DNA of 64,000 nt from Euglena gracilis (lineage: Eukaryota), in NCBI GenBank assembly GCA_039621445.1, contig CP154954.1, forward strand, positions 31,582,012-31,646,011, given 5' to 3'. The notes under the pieces were generated by a model, which saw only the letters and a program-made list of their open reading frames with translations, was not told the origin of the DNA and made no database searches. This document shows, piece after piece, positions 27,680-41,643 of this stretch (positions are counted from its first letter, which is position 1; every line of letters starts with the position of its first letter). A program made the position numbers and the translations under genes.

Positions 27680-28039
27680 CTGCAAAGGCAATGAGGCTGT
27701 TGTTCAATATTGTTGCTTCAATATTTTGGTGCTAACTGCCCCCAGCATAAATTTTGTTAATATCCTTCTTTATGAGGATTTCTCCTTTGATTGGATCTTT
27801 TCTTGATCGACCCAAAGTGTTAGACCGATGGTTTATGAGATACGGGGAAGGGGGATTGGTTAATGCGAACTCAATGCCATCAGGAAATAATTTGGCAAAT
27901 AGACAAATTCTGCATTAAAAAAAATGGAACATAAAGACGATTGCTGTGGGAGTGTAAAATCAATGCACGATAGCAGGAAGGTGATACGTTGCGTGAGAAG
28001 GGGAGCTAAACCATGCAAACCCTTTTAGACCCTTTTAAA

Positions 28040-28660
28040 CCCTTCTATTTAGAACCCTTTCAAAATAGGGTAAGGGATTGAGTTGGGGGTTTGGGTTAGA
28101 GTCAGGGGGTTAGGGGTTAAGTTTAAGTGGTTAAGGTGGGGGGGGGGGTTTGTAGGGTTAGAGTTGGGCAGTCCAGTTTGTCTCAGAAAGACCCCAGCGA
28201 CCCTCCAGTGTGCAGATGATCCAATTAACTGAGGGGGTGGGAACAGGAATCCCCTTCCGAGACAGTTCCTGACCCAAAAATGACCCCACCATTAAAACCA
28301 AAACTTCCAAATACAAAAAAAGCATCAACTAACTTGATGTTTTAGAATCCAACTGTCCAAAAAAAAATGCAAAAAGACCCACACAATCCACACTTCTGCA
28401 TTTCAAAAAACGTTCAATTAAAAGTGCATTTTAAAAAAAAATGTAAAAAATTTGCCTAGGTCAGGCAATCCAGTTCGGCCACCGAAACACCCTCAGAAGT
28501 GGTCGATCCGGGTCAAAACAATTGGATGATTTAATTCTCCAGGGGGCCTGAACCCCCCCCCATTGCCTATCTCCTGGGATCAGAGTAATGGGTTGAGGGT
28601 TATGGTTAGGGTTAGGGTTAGGGGATGGGGCAGAGTTAGGGTTAGGATTAGGATTGGGGT
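28040..28660 (+). repeat. Degenerate interstitial TTAGGG-like tracts
   Basis: GGGTTA variants at about 28045-28165 and 28590-28660; also at 34515-34645. Confidence 0.7.
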
Positions 28661-29963
28661 CGCTGAGCTTTTATCTCTCTGGAGTAAGAGTGAAGCTCAC
28701 CAGTTTGGACCTCTTGTCAGTTGAATAACTTGGGCCTGGCAGGGAGTGGAGGGGGAGGGGGTCAAACGGAGGTGAGTCAAAAAGCCGGGATGCAGTCGCT
28801 TGCAATTGAAGAAAATTCTTTGAACAGGGCCGTGGTCATGGTGATAATCTGCAGTTCCCATTACTGGGGGGGGAGGAGGGTTCAACCCTTCCCTTTTTCC
28901 CCGGTGGGATTAGCCACCCCCCCCCCCAGATTTGACTCTGCCATTCCACTGGGTTGAGATTTTGGTTCAAACAGATTTTTCAAAAATATCGCAAAAAATA
29001 AACTCCTCAAATATAAAACCTGGGGGTTTCATAATTAGGGGGGGGGTTATTCTTTCTTGAGATATTTTTATCAAGAGATTCGAGAAATATATAACCCCCA
29101 GGCTTTATATTTGGGCATAAATTTCAAGACCCTCAAGGGGGGTTTGGGGGGGTTTGGGGGGGGGGGTTGTATTTGGGTGGGAAAATCAAATTTCCAAAGC
29201 GCATATACAATTTTGCCCAAATTGCACCATTTTTTGGCAAATTTCCAGTTGATGACCATTTTTGGAGAGGAAAAAAATGTCAAAATCATCCCCTGAAAGT
29301 GTAAGGAAATGCTGGAATTGTCGGGATTTTTCCCTTCTGCTGTTTCCCAGAGGGGGTGGTTATATTTGGCGAAATTTCAAAACCCAAAGGGGGGGGGTTA
29401 TCAGGGGGGGGGGGTTACATTACTTCCGAAAGCATCTGCCAGACCAAATGTACCCTGGAGACCCTCTATCACCCCCAACACACCATTTTGGCTGCCACCT
29501 GGCCGTGTTCTGGCTCGTTTTTGTGGCCCCCAAAACGGCCATTTTTTGGGGGGGGGGTGTTTTAGGCCGTTTTTCGGGTCAAGGATCGATTTTTTCAAAA
29601 TATCTTGGAAGTGAAATAAAAACAGAAGGAATGTCCAGCGACCAAAAAAATGAAGCTCTTGAATTGCCCTATCAAACCATATTTTAACTTTTTTGCCGAT
29701 TCTTTTGTTTAGCTCAAGTTATGGCCATTTTTCAGTCATTTCTGGGGCCATCTTTGGGTTGTATTGGGGTCAAAAAAAATCAGTCTTTCTGAAATACCTC
29801 AGAAAGGAAGCAAAATCAAAGGAAATGTCCAGCAACCTAAAAGAAAGCCCTTTGAAATCTAATGGTAATATCATCTAATGGTAATTTGATTCCCCATATT
29901 TTCACGGACAGCTCAAATTTTGCCACTTATGGTCGTTTCGCTCCAAATTCTGTAAATTTGGCC

Positions 29964-30222
29964 CAGGCTTCTTTTTAAGACCCCCGGGGGGGGAGGGGGG
30001 GTCCCCCCACCCACCCAGGGTGGCGCGGGGCCCCCGGGGGGGGGGGGGGGGCGGGGACCCCCCAACATCGGGCCCATTAAAGGCAATTTTCAAAAATTTT
30101 CTGCGCTTTGCGCCGAAAAGGTATACCCGGCGCCTCCGGCGCGGGACCCCCCCCCCCCCGGACCCGGACCCCAGACCCACCCACCCCCCCCCGGGGGGTC
30201 TTCTGACTTTAAAAGAAGCCTG
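29964..30222. mobile_element. hAT MITE, second copy of the 3238-3519 family
   Basis: TIR CAGGCTTCTTTT; perfect 8-bp TSD ATTTGGCC. Confidence 0.95.
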
Positions 30223-30343
30223 ATTTGGCCTGTTTTGAATTGGCCAATTTGGGCCATTTTGGGGTCAAAACATCAACATTTTCAAATATCTCCAAAATGT
30301 GGCCAGTCGAAGCAAATGACCCTCAGGACCTTGCATCACCAAG

Positions 30344-30767
30344 TAAACCCCCCCTGAATAGAAGCCCCCCCCCCGAATAGAAGCCCCCCCCTCAGTTTTC
30401 AACCAAAATTCCGAATAGTCCCCCCCCCCGAATGGTAGGCCCCTGCCCGTGGATCTGTCAATTGGGTTGGGACAGATGGCAATTTGGTTTCTTCAGGCAT
30501 TGGTTAAATGAGGGTTGGGTGATTTTATGTTTCATGATCCAATGCATCCACAAGAGTAACATTTGCAGCAAATTTGACATGGTTTGGAAAGGTAGGACAT
30601 GTGGACCACACAAATAATTTTCTTCGATAATTCTCGGACCCCCTGGTTTTCGACCATTTTTCCGAATAGTGCCCCCCCCCCCCCCGAATAGAAGCCCCCC
30701 CCCTCGGTTTTCGACCAACGTTCAAATAGAAGCCCCCGGCGGCTTCTATTCAGGAGGGGGGGTTATA
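30344..30767. mobile_element. MITE with GAATAGAAGCCCC repeats (TA-flanked)
   Basis: Left AACCCCCCCTGAATAGAAGCC is inverted against right GGCTTCTATTCAGGAGGGGGGGTT. Confidence 0.7.
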
Positions 30768-30925
30768 GCCTCCTGGACCAGCTGCACGGCTGGCCCCAAT
30801 ACAATACAGCCCATTTCAGTCTTTTTTGGGCCCCAAAAAATCAAAAGCTTCAAAATGATAGCCAATCCCTTAAAAGCCCTGGCTGATGTTATTTTGATTC
30901 CCCGCAACTGAATGCCAGGCCGATA

Positions 30926-31630
30926 CCGGGGGGGGGGGGGAAATCTGACCGGGAACAATTGCCGACGGGAAAAATTCTGCCGGGAAAAATATTGGACGAA
31001 TCCTTAAAATGCCGGGAAAAATCCTGGACGCTCGCTTAAACCAGGTGGGAAAAAATATTGGACAGCTGGAGAAAAAAAAACCGCGAAGATTTTGCGCCGA
31101 CCAGCAGTTGAACAAGAAAGCATGGCTGCACCTGGTGAAATCAAACAGAAAGCGTACATTCCGCTAGGGTGATAAGACTGCCGTGTTGACAGACACAAAG
31201 CGGTTTCTGGCACACAACTTATGCACAGGGTCTCTTTGGGGTGGAGTGCACGCTGTGGGCTAACGCACACTTCAAAGGGGTTTGGGGCGGTTGGGAAGGA
31301 CAGCTTCCTGGCAGGGTTTTTTTTCTGTCCCTTGGGTTTTGATTGCAAGCAGATAGAAAAAAACATGAAACTTACAAAATAATTTTGAAGAGCAGAAGCA
31401 GGAGGTTCAACACCGATTCCTGAGAGGAAGAAGAATTCCTGCTGCAAATCGGCGTGCAGCGCCGAAGATTTTTTTGGGGGATCATTCACTGGAGGAAATT
31501 GGACTTTCCTTAAATCTTCCGGGAAAAATCCTGGACGGATCCTTAAAAAGGTGGGAAAAATCCTGGACAAAATTTCGTCCAGAATTTTTCCCACAACATT
31601 TTTTCCCATACAAGTTTTTCCCCCCCCCGG
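30926..31630. mobile_element. ~700-bp element, copy 2, TA TSD
   Basis: TA|CCGGGG..CCCCGG|TA; homologous to 24386-25079. Confidence 0.9.
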
Positions 31631-31665
31631 TAGGTGCCCCACCTGGCCGGGCACCAGACTGCCAG

Positions 31666-32267
31666 CAGGGGGGAGAAATTGCACATCGGGAGGTCGAAAA
31701 TTGCAGTGCAAAAAAAATTGCACAAAATTGCACAAAATTGCACAAAATTGCACAAAATTGCACAAAATTGCACATACCAGAAAAGCCATACCAGAAACCA
31801 GAAAAGCTGCATATTCTGCAAACTTACCTGGTCGGTTCACCCAAAAAGTTGCAACCCAACCAGCCGTGGCAATATGCGATGGCACTACTTACGCCATTCA
31901 TCCTGAATTTGTTCATCATCCAGCGGAAAGACACAACAATTCATACTGAGAAACTACCAAAGCATCTAATACGAACCTGTTTGTAGAACGCCTATTGCTC
32001 CTTTGCGAATTGGCCGATTGGGTTTGAAAACTGAGTAAACCAACAATGAACAGCCTTTGAACGGACATTTTCACTACACATCAGTTTCCCAGCAAAAAAA
32101 AAAACGGTGAGTTCTCAATTACATCAAAAACTGACATTTTCCAAAACAAAATGTCCCGGGACATGTGCAATTAATTGCACAAAATTGCAAAAAATTGCAC
32201 ATTTCGGGAAAATCGAAAATTGCACAAAATTGCAAAAATTGCACGGTGCAATTTCCCCCCCCCCCTG
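31666..32267. mobile_element. hAT-type deletion derivative, 7-bp TSD
   Basis: Ends CAGGGGGGAGAAATTGCAC..GTGCAATTTCCCCCCCCCCTG; TSD CTGCCAG; AAATTGCAC arrays. An internal minus-strand exon-like remnant reads LDDEQIQDEWRK..FW. Confidence 0.9.
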
Positions 32268-35200
32268 CTGCCAGCCAGGCCGCGCCAGGCTGGCCTGACC
32301 CGCCAGGCCGGGCCGGGCCGGGCCGAAGGCCGCCGGCAACCATACATCTGCTCAAACATCAAAATTTTACTGCCCAGGGCTGCCGAGTCATCAAAAGCGC
32401 ACAATAAGAAATTACAAGCCTGTGCAATGCCCTATCTGATGGTACCTGGCTTTCACACGGCCAGCTAGAGTTACAGCCCGTGTTCCACGTAAATTTTTGA
32501 CCAGGCTTTTGGCCTTTGTTGGTCCGTTTTGGGCCAAAACTTGACAAAAAACCCAATTCTCAAAATATCTCAAAAATGAAGCAAAACCAAACAAAACGTC
32601 CGGAGACCTGCTAAATTGAAACCCTTAAAACGCCCTATCTCATGGTATTTTGATTTTCTTGCAACTCCCCGCCTAGCCCGAGATATGGCCAATTTTCGCC
32701 TAAACAGGCTTCTTTTTACCAACCCTGGGGGAGGAGGGGTGCCTTGTGCTGTGGGGTGCCTGTCCACAGCAGGAACCCCCCAGGGAGTCAGTTTTGGACC
32801 CTGGTGCCTGCTGACCAAGCCAAATTTCCTTTGAAAACAGCCATTTTGGGGCGCCGGAGCATTTGGAGCCGGGGGGTGTGCTATAGCACTACCCACCCCA
32901 AAACCCAACCACAAATTTTGTCAAGCTTTTGAGACAAGAAAAAGAGGTGCTAAAACCTTCTGTAGATCCCCCCCACACAGCCAAAAACCGGGGGGGGGGG
33001 GATAATCGGCCGGTCCCCCACCAGGCTCCTCCGGCTGAGGAAGGGGCGGTGCTTTCCAAAAAACCACAAATCACAGCGTAGTGGTTGTTTTGGGCCCCAG
33101 CTGGGTCCGATGCAGGCAAATTGCAATGTTGCAAAAAAATGTTTGCACCCCAGCGCCGTTGGCGCCGGAGATGTGATGTGGCACCACCCACCCCAAAACC
33201 CAACTCCCCCCATTTGGGGGGGATGTGATCAGACGTGTCTAACTTTTCCATCCCTAACCAAAAATGGGGGGATTTCGACTGGGGGAAATCTACAGAACCG
33301 GAAAAAAAAAAACATGCCAGGTGCCAGCAATTGTCACCTTTTCCAGTTATTTTGGAATTTGGAGGTTCGCCCTCTGGAAATACACATATGTACACCACAT
33401 TTTGGTGGTAATCCTGAGATTCCTGGACCCCTGGGTCGTTTTGCCGAGAAAAATGAGGTTCATTAGTGCAGCTCTGTAAGGCCAAAGCCTTGGCTCAAGG
33501 ACACTGCACCCTTCTTGTGCCTTTTTTAATGACTTGTTTCATTTGCAACTGTCCCCGCCTGTCGGTTCCATTTATTCCTTCTCCAACTGTGGGGCTACAA
33601 GAACACCCCCTATAGCAATTTTTACTGTCACAGGAAGAATCAATGGTCCGAGCAAAGTGGGGGAGACAGAGAGGGAAACACCATTATTGCAGCGGCAACA
33701 CTTGCGGCAAGTATGCTGCTCGCAGTCACACTCATCTCAAAAGCGCCGTCAGGCGGAGGTGGTTCTTCATTCAGCGGCACATCCATTTTTTGTTTCTGTG
33801 TTTTCCATTGCACCAAACACAGCCGAGAAGGCTCACATTGTGAATGCTCCTTCTGGTGGAAGTCAGAGGTTCGGTGCCACACCCGAAGAACACTGCTTAA
33901 GGGACAGTGCAGTAAGGAATTACAACACACCAACTGGCTGTGCATCGTTGCACCATTGTCTTTCAAAAAATCAAGGCACCAACGCAATGGGATATCACCA
34001 GGCTCCCGTTCAGCTTGCTGCATGCCATTCAGCTGTGGAAGTTGAAAGTTTTGGGACGCAGCTTTCACATACCCACACATTATCTCGTTGTTTTCATGAA
34101 ACTCTTGAAACGGAAGTTTTTAGTTTTATAATGTTTACATAGACATGCATGCACAAACAAACAGCAACAAAGGGCATTTTGAAACCAGGTCTGCTGCCCC
34201 CATGAGTGCCTGGGCCTGGACTTCAGGCTTGGTATATAACCGAGCCTGAAATGTGCCGAGGACGGGCCCCAATGCCCCACTTTGTTCTCCCCATCCCTTT
34301 CTACTAGACACTCAAACGCATGCACAAAAATCAATCGGTGCCAGTTCTTTCCGGCCCTCACCCCCGCCCAGTCCAAGCTCCCCAACCACCAACATCACCG
34401 TCGACCACCCGACACACACGTACCTACACACACGCACCTACGCGGCCCTCTCAATACGTGAGTGTGTGGTCCCTTGTCAGCGTACAAGAGGAGTGAGCGT
34501 ACAGCAGTTGATGGCAAGGGTTAAAGTGGAGTTAGGGTCAGGGTAAAGGATAAGATTAGAGATGGAGTTTAGGTTAGGGATAGGGCTAGGGATTCAGAAT
34601 TAGCGTTAGGGATAGGGCCAGGGTTAGGGCCAGGGTCAGGTTTAAGAGTACGGCGAGGATTAGGCCCTTTGTTCTCCCAAAGGTTCCAAACAGTAGAGCT
34701 TCGGCCAGTCACCTTCTTGTTGGGAAACAGGCCCCCAACCTCCCAATCAGTTTCCCAGGCTGGGCCACTGACCGGGGTAAGGAACCATCAGCAACATGTG
34801 CATGGACAGGTGGACGAATGCATGGGTGCGACCTTGTTTGAAAGACGATGCTTTTCACACAGGACAGAAGATTGACAAGACAATGTGAAGTGCAAAAAAA
34901 AAAAGCGAACAACTTCGTGAAAGTGGTCGGCAAAAAAAACACAGATTTTTGCGAACTATTCTTTGTGCATTTCTGGCTGGCTTACCTTCAGAAGGTTCAA
35001 TATTAGGAAAACCTTGTTTTCATAGCTTCGTGGAGAGATTCAGATTATTTGGAACTGATGAAGCTGTGATTTCCAGTGTTTTTTGATTCAGAAGGCAACA
35101 TAATTCGAAAAGATTGTGTGTTGTTGCTGGTCACACCTTTCCTCTGCAACTATTTTCTTCTCCCTCCTTCGCTGACAAAAAAATTCCCAATTCCGTTGTT

Positions 35201-35559
35201 TGTTTTCTGTGTGGACGCCGTCAATGCATCCCGATCTGCCAAAAAGGCCAGAAGACAGAAGGAAAAAGAAGAATGGTGAAATGTCATGGAGGTATTCCCC
35301 ATTGATGCCAAAAGAAAACTGAAGCTGTTGACCTTCTCAAAGCGCAACCATTGGGAGCAACAACGTCAAGTTTGCTCATTCGAATTGCTAGTTTCTTCGC
35401 ACTCCTTCTCACCCAGGGAAAAAAACCTTTGTGGGTATTGCTAAGGTGGTTGAAAAGGTTGTTGATAATTACCACTTGCCCATGTCAATATGCCGCTCTC
35501 ATTGTGCAATGAAGCTCCGTGCATGGTGTGTATGGCAGTAATGCCCCTGTTTGAACCCC

Positions 35560-36100
35560 TCCCAAAAACTTCTAGAGGAGCTGCCCGGGAGTCCCAAAAG
35601 GTTTGCGAGCTGCATGGGGCAACATTTGACAAACTGGACGGCTGGCTCTTGGCATTTGCACTTTTGGACGGTAAAGGTCACATGCCTTTTTGATCACGGT
35701 GACGAGAAGCAACAGGCAGCCCCCGCCCAACGCAAAGAAATTTGTGCTAATGCCAAGGTGCAGGATCCGTCCTGGTTCCCCTCTACGTTGGCCACGATGG
35801 TCAACGCTTTGGCTGCATTGTACAGGAAATCACCCTCCCATGTCGGCTCCTTTGTGCCTTCGGTGCAGTCACATTATCCACAATTTTGTACCTTTTTCGA
35901 CGCTGCTTCTCTTCGCGAGAAGAAGCAAAAAGTCGAGGAGCAGGAGGTGCCTGTAGTGTCCGAGGAAGAAATTTTGCGGCTCTTTGACCTGACAAACTGG
36001 AACCACTTTTTGGAGAGCCAGAGGATGAATTTATTGTTGATTGCCCACTTGGGCCAAAGGCCTGAGACATTTTTGGAGCTGACGGTGTTCACCCGAGCGG
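35560..36100 (+). pseudogene. Tyrosine recombinase-like remnant (core-binding region to first catalytic Arg)
   Basis: PSTLATMVNALAALY..VVSEEEILRLF..NLLLIAHLGQRPETFLEL fits the YR box I pattern (LL..xGxRxxE/T..L). It is followed by an element terminus ending at 36318. Confidence 0.6.
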
Positions 36101-36551
36101 GAGGGTGACCGAAGCTTTGCCCAGCACTGTTTCTTAAAACTTTTGTTTTTGGTCGTCTCGCACCTCTTTGCACCGAATTCCAAATGAATCTGGTTTTTTG
36201 TAATGTTGTCCTGTTGCTTCAGTCCAAGACACCGGTTCGGGCGGGAAATTTTACGCCCGAACCGGTGTCCAAGACACCAGTTCGGGCGTGAACCCAGAGC
36301 CTCCATGCACGGTTTCAACCCGTTTATGATCACCCCCAAAGAAAGAACCTCTTGACACACCTGTGGCACCCCCCAACCTGTGGCACGAAAGCTGGCCCCA
36401 AGATCTGGCCCAAGATGTGGACCAAACTGCGCCAAACTGTCCCAAAATGTCGCGTCACCTGGTCCCAAGCTTGCCCCAAAATGTTTTTCCAAACGGCCCA
36501 AGATGTGCCCAAAATCTGGCCCAAGATGTGGCACCAAACTGGTCCCAAGAT

Positions 36552-36958
36552 CAAGGTTGACGGCTTGCTTTTTGAAACAAAAAAAACACGTTTTTGAAGA
36601 AAAAAATATGTTTTTTTTAATAATAAAAAAACCTCATGGAGGGTTTGGGGGAAATTTTTTGAAATTTTTTAGAAAAAAGTTCATTTTTTATCTTTGCAGC
36701 TTCGTAGTCCGTAAAGGACGTTGGCTTTCACATGTGCGACCTTGCCAACCACATCATTTTAGGATGAAGGGTCTGGAAAAACAAAAAATGTCACTTTTTG
36801 ATGACCAAAAAAATGACTTTAAAACTTTTTCCTCAAAAAAATGGCCATTTCTCAAGGAAAATTGTCAATTTTTGGTTTTTCAAAAAAAGTTTTTTGGGGT
36901 TGTTTTTTTGAAGAACAACATGATTTTTTTTCAAAAAACAAAAAAAATGTCAACCCTG
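36552..36958. mobile_element. hAT MITE (TIR CARGGTTGAC)
   Basis: Perfect 8-bp TSD CCCAAGAT; inserted in a CCCAAGATGTGG array (36335-37150). Other copies at about 57000-57362 and 61813-62146. Confidence 0.9.
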
Positions 36959-38884
36959 CCCAAGATGTTGCCCCACCTGTGGGCAAATGATGTGGCACAA
37001 TTTCTGCCCCAAGATGTGGCACCGAACTGGCCCAAGATGTGGTTTCAAAGTGTTACGCCAAACTGGTGCCCCAAAATGTGCCCCCCCCCCTGTGGCCAAG
37101 ATGTGGCAGCAAACTGGCCCTAAAAGATGGCTGGAAAGCTGGCCCCATTTGTGCAGGCCCAGTCCAAAAAAAAATAAAAGATGCCAGCACAGATTTTGTG
37201 AGCTTCCATGAATAATAAGATGGGTTAAGTTGGACATTCTTAAAAAAAGCTTTCCTTCTCCAGGGTTCATTTGGGAAATCTCCTGAGCAGAAAATTTTCC
37301 AAAACTGGGCCACGGACTTTTCCGAAACATACTTCATGTAATCACCTGAAACTGCAGTAGTTGGGGGGGGGGCTGGTGACGTCGCACCGCACTGCCGGGG
37401 GGGGGGGCCGTGGCTTCGCACATTGGGGGGGGGGGGGCTGGTTGACTGCGGGGGGGGGGGAGGGGTGACTTCGCACCGCACTAGTAGCAGCTGTAAACTT
37501 AAATGTACTGGCACCTCAAAGTTATTGATTTGAACCCACAAGGGGCCTTCACTTCAAGGGGCCTTCACTTCTCATCCCGAACCAGTGCCAGTTCTTGATA
37601 TGAAAGACGATTGATTTCCCGACCCAAAGAATAAAAATTTGAAAAGATGTGCGGTGTGGAGTACCTTTGGAAACAGCAGCCCAACGATCAACGGTGAGTT
37701 AACCACATTCCAATTAGGAAAAGCTCGCTGTGATCCCAATCGCGATCATTTGTACCAAAGATGTGAACACTATTTTTGAGCACTGTGCCTGCTCGAACAG
37801 AGAAATATCGCAAAGAGAGTGGTTCGACTTTAGAATTTCTTGATCCCGGACCCGGAAAAGGTGTTTTTTTGAGCCAAAAATGAGCGTTTTTTGACCCGCC
37901 AGCGCCCCGTTTCGGGCACAAAACCCTTGCATTTCAGTCAAAAGACCTCATGGAGTGGGCCGGTTTATGTGGGGGGTCAATGAAGGGGTGGGTGCACGCT
38001 TATTAAGAGCTCAGCACTATTCAAAACCTGGTTCCTGTGATTGGAAAGAAAAATCTCAAAAAAAATCTTGCCCCTTCGCAACGTACCTTCAAAAAATGCC
38101 AACCCCCCCCCCCAACTATTCCCAAAGGCCGAGGGAATAGTTGGGGGGGCATCGTAATTCTACAACGTTGCGCTCCTTTGAATTTCGGTGAAATTCGACA
38201 TGGGAATGTGTCTCTGGCTGTGTCAATCGTTCAAGTAAACTTACCCCTCAATCCAAAGCTCTTGTCATCAGACGACTAATGATGACCAGCAAATTCAGCC
38301 ACGCTGCACAGTGGAGATCAGGCTGTGAACTTTGGGATTTTGGACCCTCTCCCCCCCCCCCCGGTGAAGTTCACCGTTTGAAAGTTTACCGGGGGGTCCC
38401 GGACCTTCCCCCTCCCAACGGTGAACTTCACTGGTGAAGTTTCACCACAAGAGCACTTTTTTGGCCAAAAATGGCCAAAAATGACATTTTGGGCAAGTTT
38501 TCGGAAATTTCGATAAAACTCCAAAGACCAAAATGACCATTTTGAGAGGAAAAGGACAGGGCTGCACATAGGTATAGGTTGGCAAAAAGACCTATACCTA
38601 TATGTGGACAACCTATACCAAAACCTATACGTATGTGTCGCCTATATGTCTGAGAAAAAAAATTAAACACTCACTCATTGCATAATCCATCGGGGGGGTG
38701 AAGGGGAGTTGTGAGGCCAGAATGCATCAAATACAAAGGCGGGAAGACACCCTTCATTGTGATAATGGCGGTTCACCCGCAAGAGTCTAGGTGTTTGTCA
38801 AGACCAAAACTTTGACACAACATCGTTGAAAAGGTCAGGATCGCCTTGGGATTCATTCCTCATGGTAGAAAAATTTCTTGGGCT

Positions 38885-39125
38885 CACGAAGGGATGTCGG
38901 GATGAGATTGTCAATTTCACGAAAAGTGCCGTTTCAACAACTTTTTCATGCAATGCATTCCGTAGCTGTCTCCAAAAATTTTTGCATTCCAGAGCCGTCT
39001 CCAAAAATTTTTGCACACTGAAAGTGCGCTCCACAGTTGCCTCTGTCACAGCTATGGTGTACAAAAATATGGCAAATTCGGCCAATTCTTGAGCCACGTG
39101 GAGTTTGCTTTGATTGAAAGGATTC
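38885..39125 (-). pseudogene. hAT transposase C-terminal dimerisation domain remnant
   Basis: ELAEFAIFLYTIAVTEATVERTFSVQKF..RNALHEKVVETALFVK is a classic hATC motif; it contains a short tandem duplication. Confidence 0.85.
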
Positions 39126-40686
39126 ATGCCCGGGGTGTGGTGTGAGGTGGAAATTGTTTCATTCCCCCCCCCCCCCCGCTCCTTTAAGACCCCCATTAGC
39201 CAATGGGGGGGGGCAATTATGGGCCGGTGAGGACCCAACCCCAACCCTTTTCTTTCCAACCAATTTCTTGCGTCTCACCAAAACTACTCAATTTTTTTCC
39301 AGCATGGTTGGATTCGTCGTGACTTCCAAATTGGCATCTCTTGTCCCGAGGTCAATTGGCCAATTGGGAGGGCAAATGGGGGGGACAAGGGTATCGGCAA
39401 GTCCATTATAATTTTCACCCCGATACAAATTCAGTTGGCTTTGCCTCAGACACACGCTCTGGGGGCCATGCGGAAACGTCTCGGCACCATGCATCGGTTG
39501 TGGACAAGGTTTGTCAGGAAAGCAAGGGCCTCTTAAGCCTCAGTTAGCCTCTCAACCCCTGCAACCCTCCCGCAACGCGACTCACCCTCGATCATAAGAA
39601 GTGTGGCTGGCCATTTGGTTGTTACCTTTGGTGTTTTGTTCATGGTGTGGGTGGATAAGGATCAATTTTTTAAAAAAGGATCAAAATTTGAAAAATGGGG
39701 GGGATCAAGAAAAGAGAGCTCTTGAGAGTCCAATCCAATCTTTTAGCAACCAAATGTCTCAAACTTGCGGTGCAAGAGGAAAGGGATGGTATGGTCAAAT
39801 AAATAGCAAACAAATTTCTGCCCCTCGTAATGCAGAATGCTCCCATTTCCGGGTGATTTGGGCCCGCCACAGACCATTTTTATGACCACCGACTAGCCAC
39901 AACTAGTTTGCATAGGATTTTATTCATGGGGGGGCTTAAAAGTCGGCGGTTTTGACCTGTTAGTACATTAGAGTGGGTATTTCGACGACTAGTCGGCTGA
40001 CTACCCAGTACCCCTCCCCCAGTCTACTGCCCTGCGCCATCCACGGCTGCAACTCTTAAGGATTCGGCACCACGTAAAACTGACAAAAAACCGTCCACTT
40101 GGGGGGGGGGCTCACTATAATGCACCCGTGAACGGTTCACATGCGCACTATAGTGTACCCGTGAACGGAATGGGCCGTTTATTTATAATTTTTATAATTT
40201 TGTGGCCCACAATGTAATGAAGCGCCTTGTCAATCTGATGGAAGCCCAGATGCCCCCACCTGTGAACGCCCCAAGCGCACCCATGAACGCCAAAAACGTG
40301 AGTTTCGTTAGGATACAGCCGCGATTAGGAACCACTAAGCTACTGTGAGGAAGCCCGTGAATTTGGGTAACAGGTTTTATAAGAAAGAATTGTGGGTGTA
40401 ACCCGTTATACGGCCCGTACACGGGTTACACCCACGATTTTATATATAACCGTGTATAACAGTGGACTCAGAGGCCCGGCGCCTGCCCTGTATATCGTGG
40501 ATTGGCTTCACGCATTGCGGGTGGTTTTGAGAGCGTTTTTTGGAAAAAATTCAGTCCACGTGCCGCCTGCACTGTAATTTGTGGACTTAGTCCACGAAAT
40601 ACAGCGCAGGCGTCGGGGGGGGGGGGGGTCGGCGCCTGCACTGTATTTCGTGAAACCCTGTGTCTCCTAGTCTCTTTTCTTTGCTA

Positions 40687-41535
40687 ATGGCAAAACGCGC
40701 GGCTATTATCATGGACAGGATGCTCCCTCATCCCCAGAAAACTTCTGAATTTTTGGCCGTGTTGGAGAAAGTCATCGACGACAAGAAGAAACCCACCTGT
40801 TGTCGATCCGGTTCACGGGACTTTGCTCCAACAAGCAACAGCAAAACAGCCACATGGATCAGAAAATCAGGAGGCTTGTGCCTTGGAATTCCATCAGCTG
40901 TGTCAAGACCTACAGGCAGTGTATGATAATCTGGATGACTTTTTTGTAGCCTGGGCCGGCTGGATGATTGATCCCAGTTTGTTGGTTGAGGGCGCTGCCC
41001 AGATCAGGCAACAATGGGATCAACGGTGGGCACAGGCCGGTCAAAGATTCAGAGCCAACGCATTGAAAGCATCCTCCTTCCGCGGCTACCTGAATGCCAT
41101 GGGGCGTGTGTGCTCTTCAGCGAAGCCAAAAACCCAAATGGTGCCTTCCTCCAACTCCCAGTTTCCAAAGTTCCAGCGGTTCTTTCAGTCTGCTTAAACG
41201 GCAAACGAGGCTGTGCACCCCCCAAGAAATTTTACAAGACGACAAGTTGCCACGGGTGTTGCAGGAAGTGGACTCTTTGAGGCCCAACGGTGTATGAGGA
41301 AACTGGCTTTTCCGATTTGCGAACTTGTTGGACAACTCCTGCAAAAGCTGCCGTCGGAGGAGACGTTTCGTGGAGTGGCAACCTGGGTGTCGGGAGTTGT
41401 CGGTCATCGTTTAACTTTCAAGAACGTTGCACGACGTGCGGCAATGACCCGCTTGGCAAATTCGCCGGACGTGTTGCTGGAAGATGTAGCCAAGTATTTC
41501 AAGGTGCACAGAAATACAGTGGCCGTTGTATTGAG
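40687..41535 (+). pseudogene. Tyrosine recombinase-like remnant (N-terminal domain plus box II)
   Basis: Frameshifted peptides LDDFFVAWAGWMID..LKASSFRGYLNAMGRV..FPKF, then FKNVARRAAMTRLANS..DVAKYFKVHRNTVA (HxxR-like motif and second His). The middle of the catalytic domain appears deleted. Confidence 0.6.
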
Positions 41536-41643
41536 CATGCTGCATCATATTGGTTTTATCGACTATGCCGGGGTGCCAATCTATCCAAATTTATCGAGAC
41601 TACCCCAAAAACCAGTACCAATATCTATCCTTGAGGTAACACC

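Noticed and set aside
27416-27694. Plus-strand ORF resembling an Ig/ASH-like beta sandwich (PFALAQNEARQLGVHF..)
   Set aside because: It is the mirror frame of the minus-strand ORF, which has the better G1 codon bias and splice signals. Its His/Gln excess is typical of antisense frames.
31004-31986. Long ORFs (293 aa here; 258 aa at 24459, 247 aa at 36380, 232 aa at 41815)
   Set aside because: They are low-complexity read-throughs that cross element boundaries and tandem arrays.
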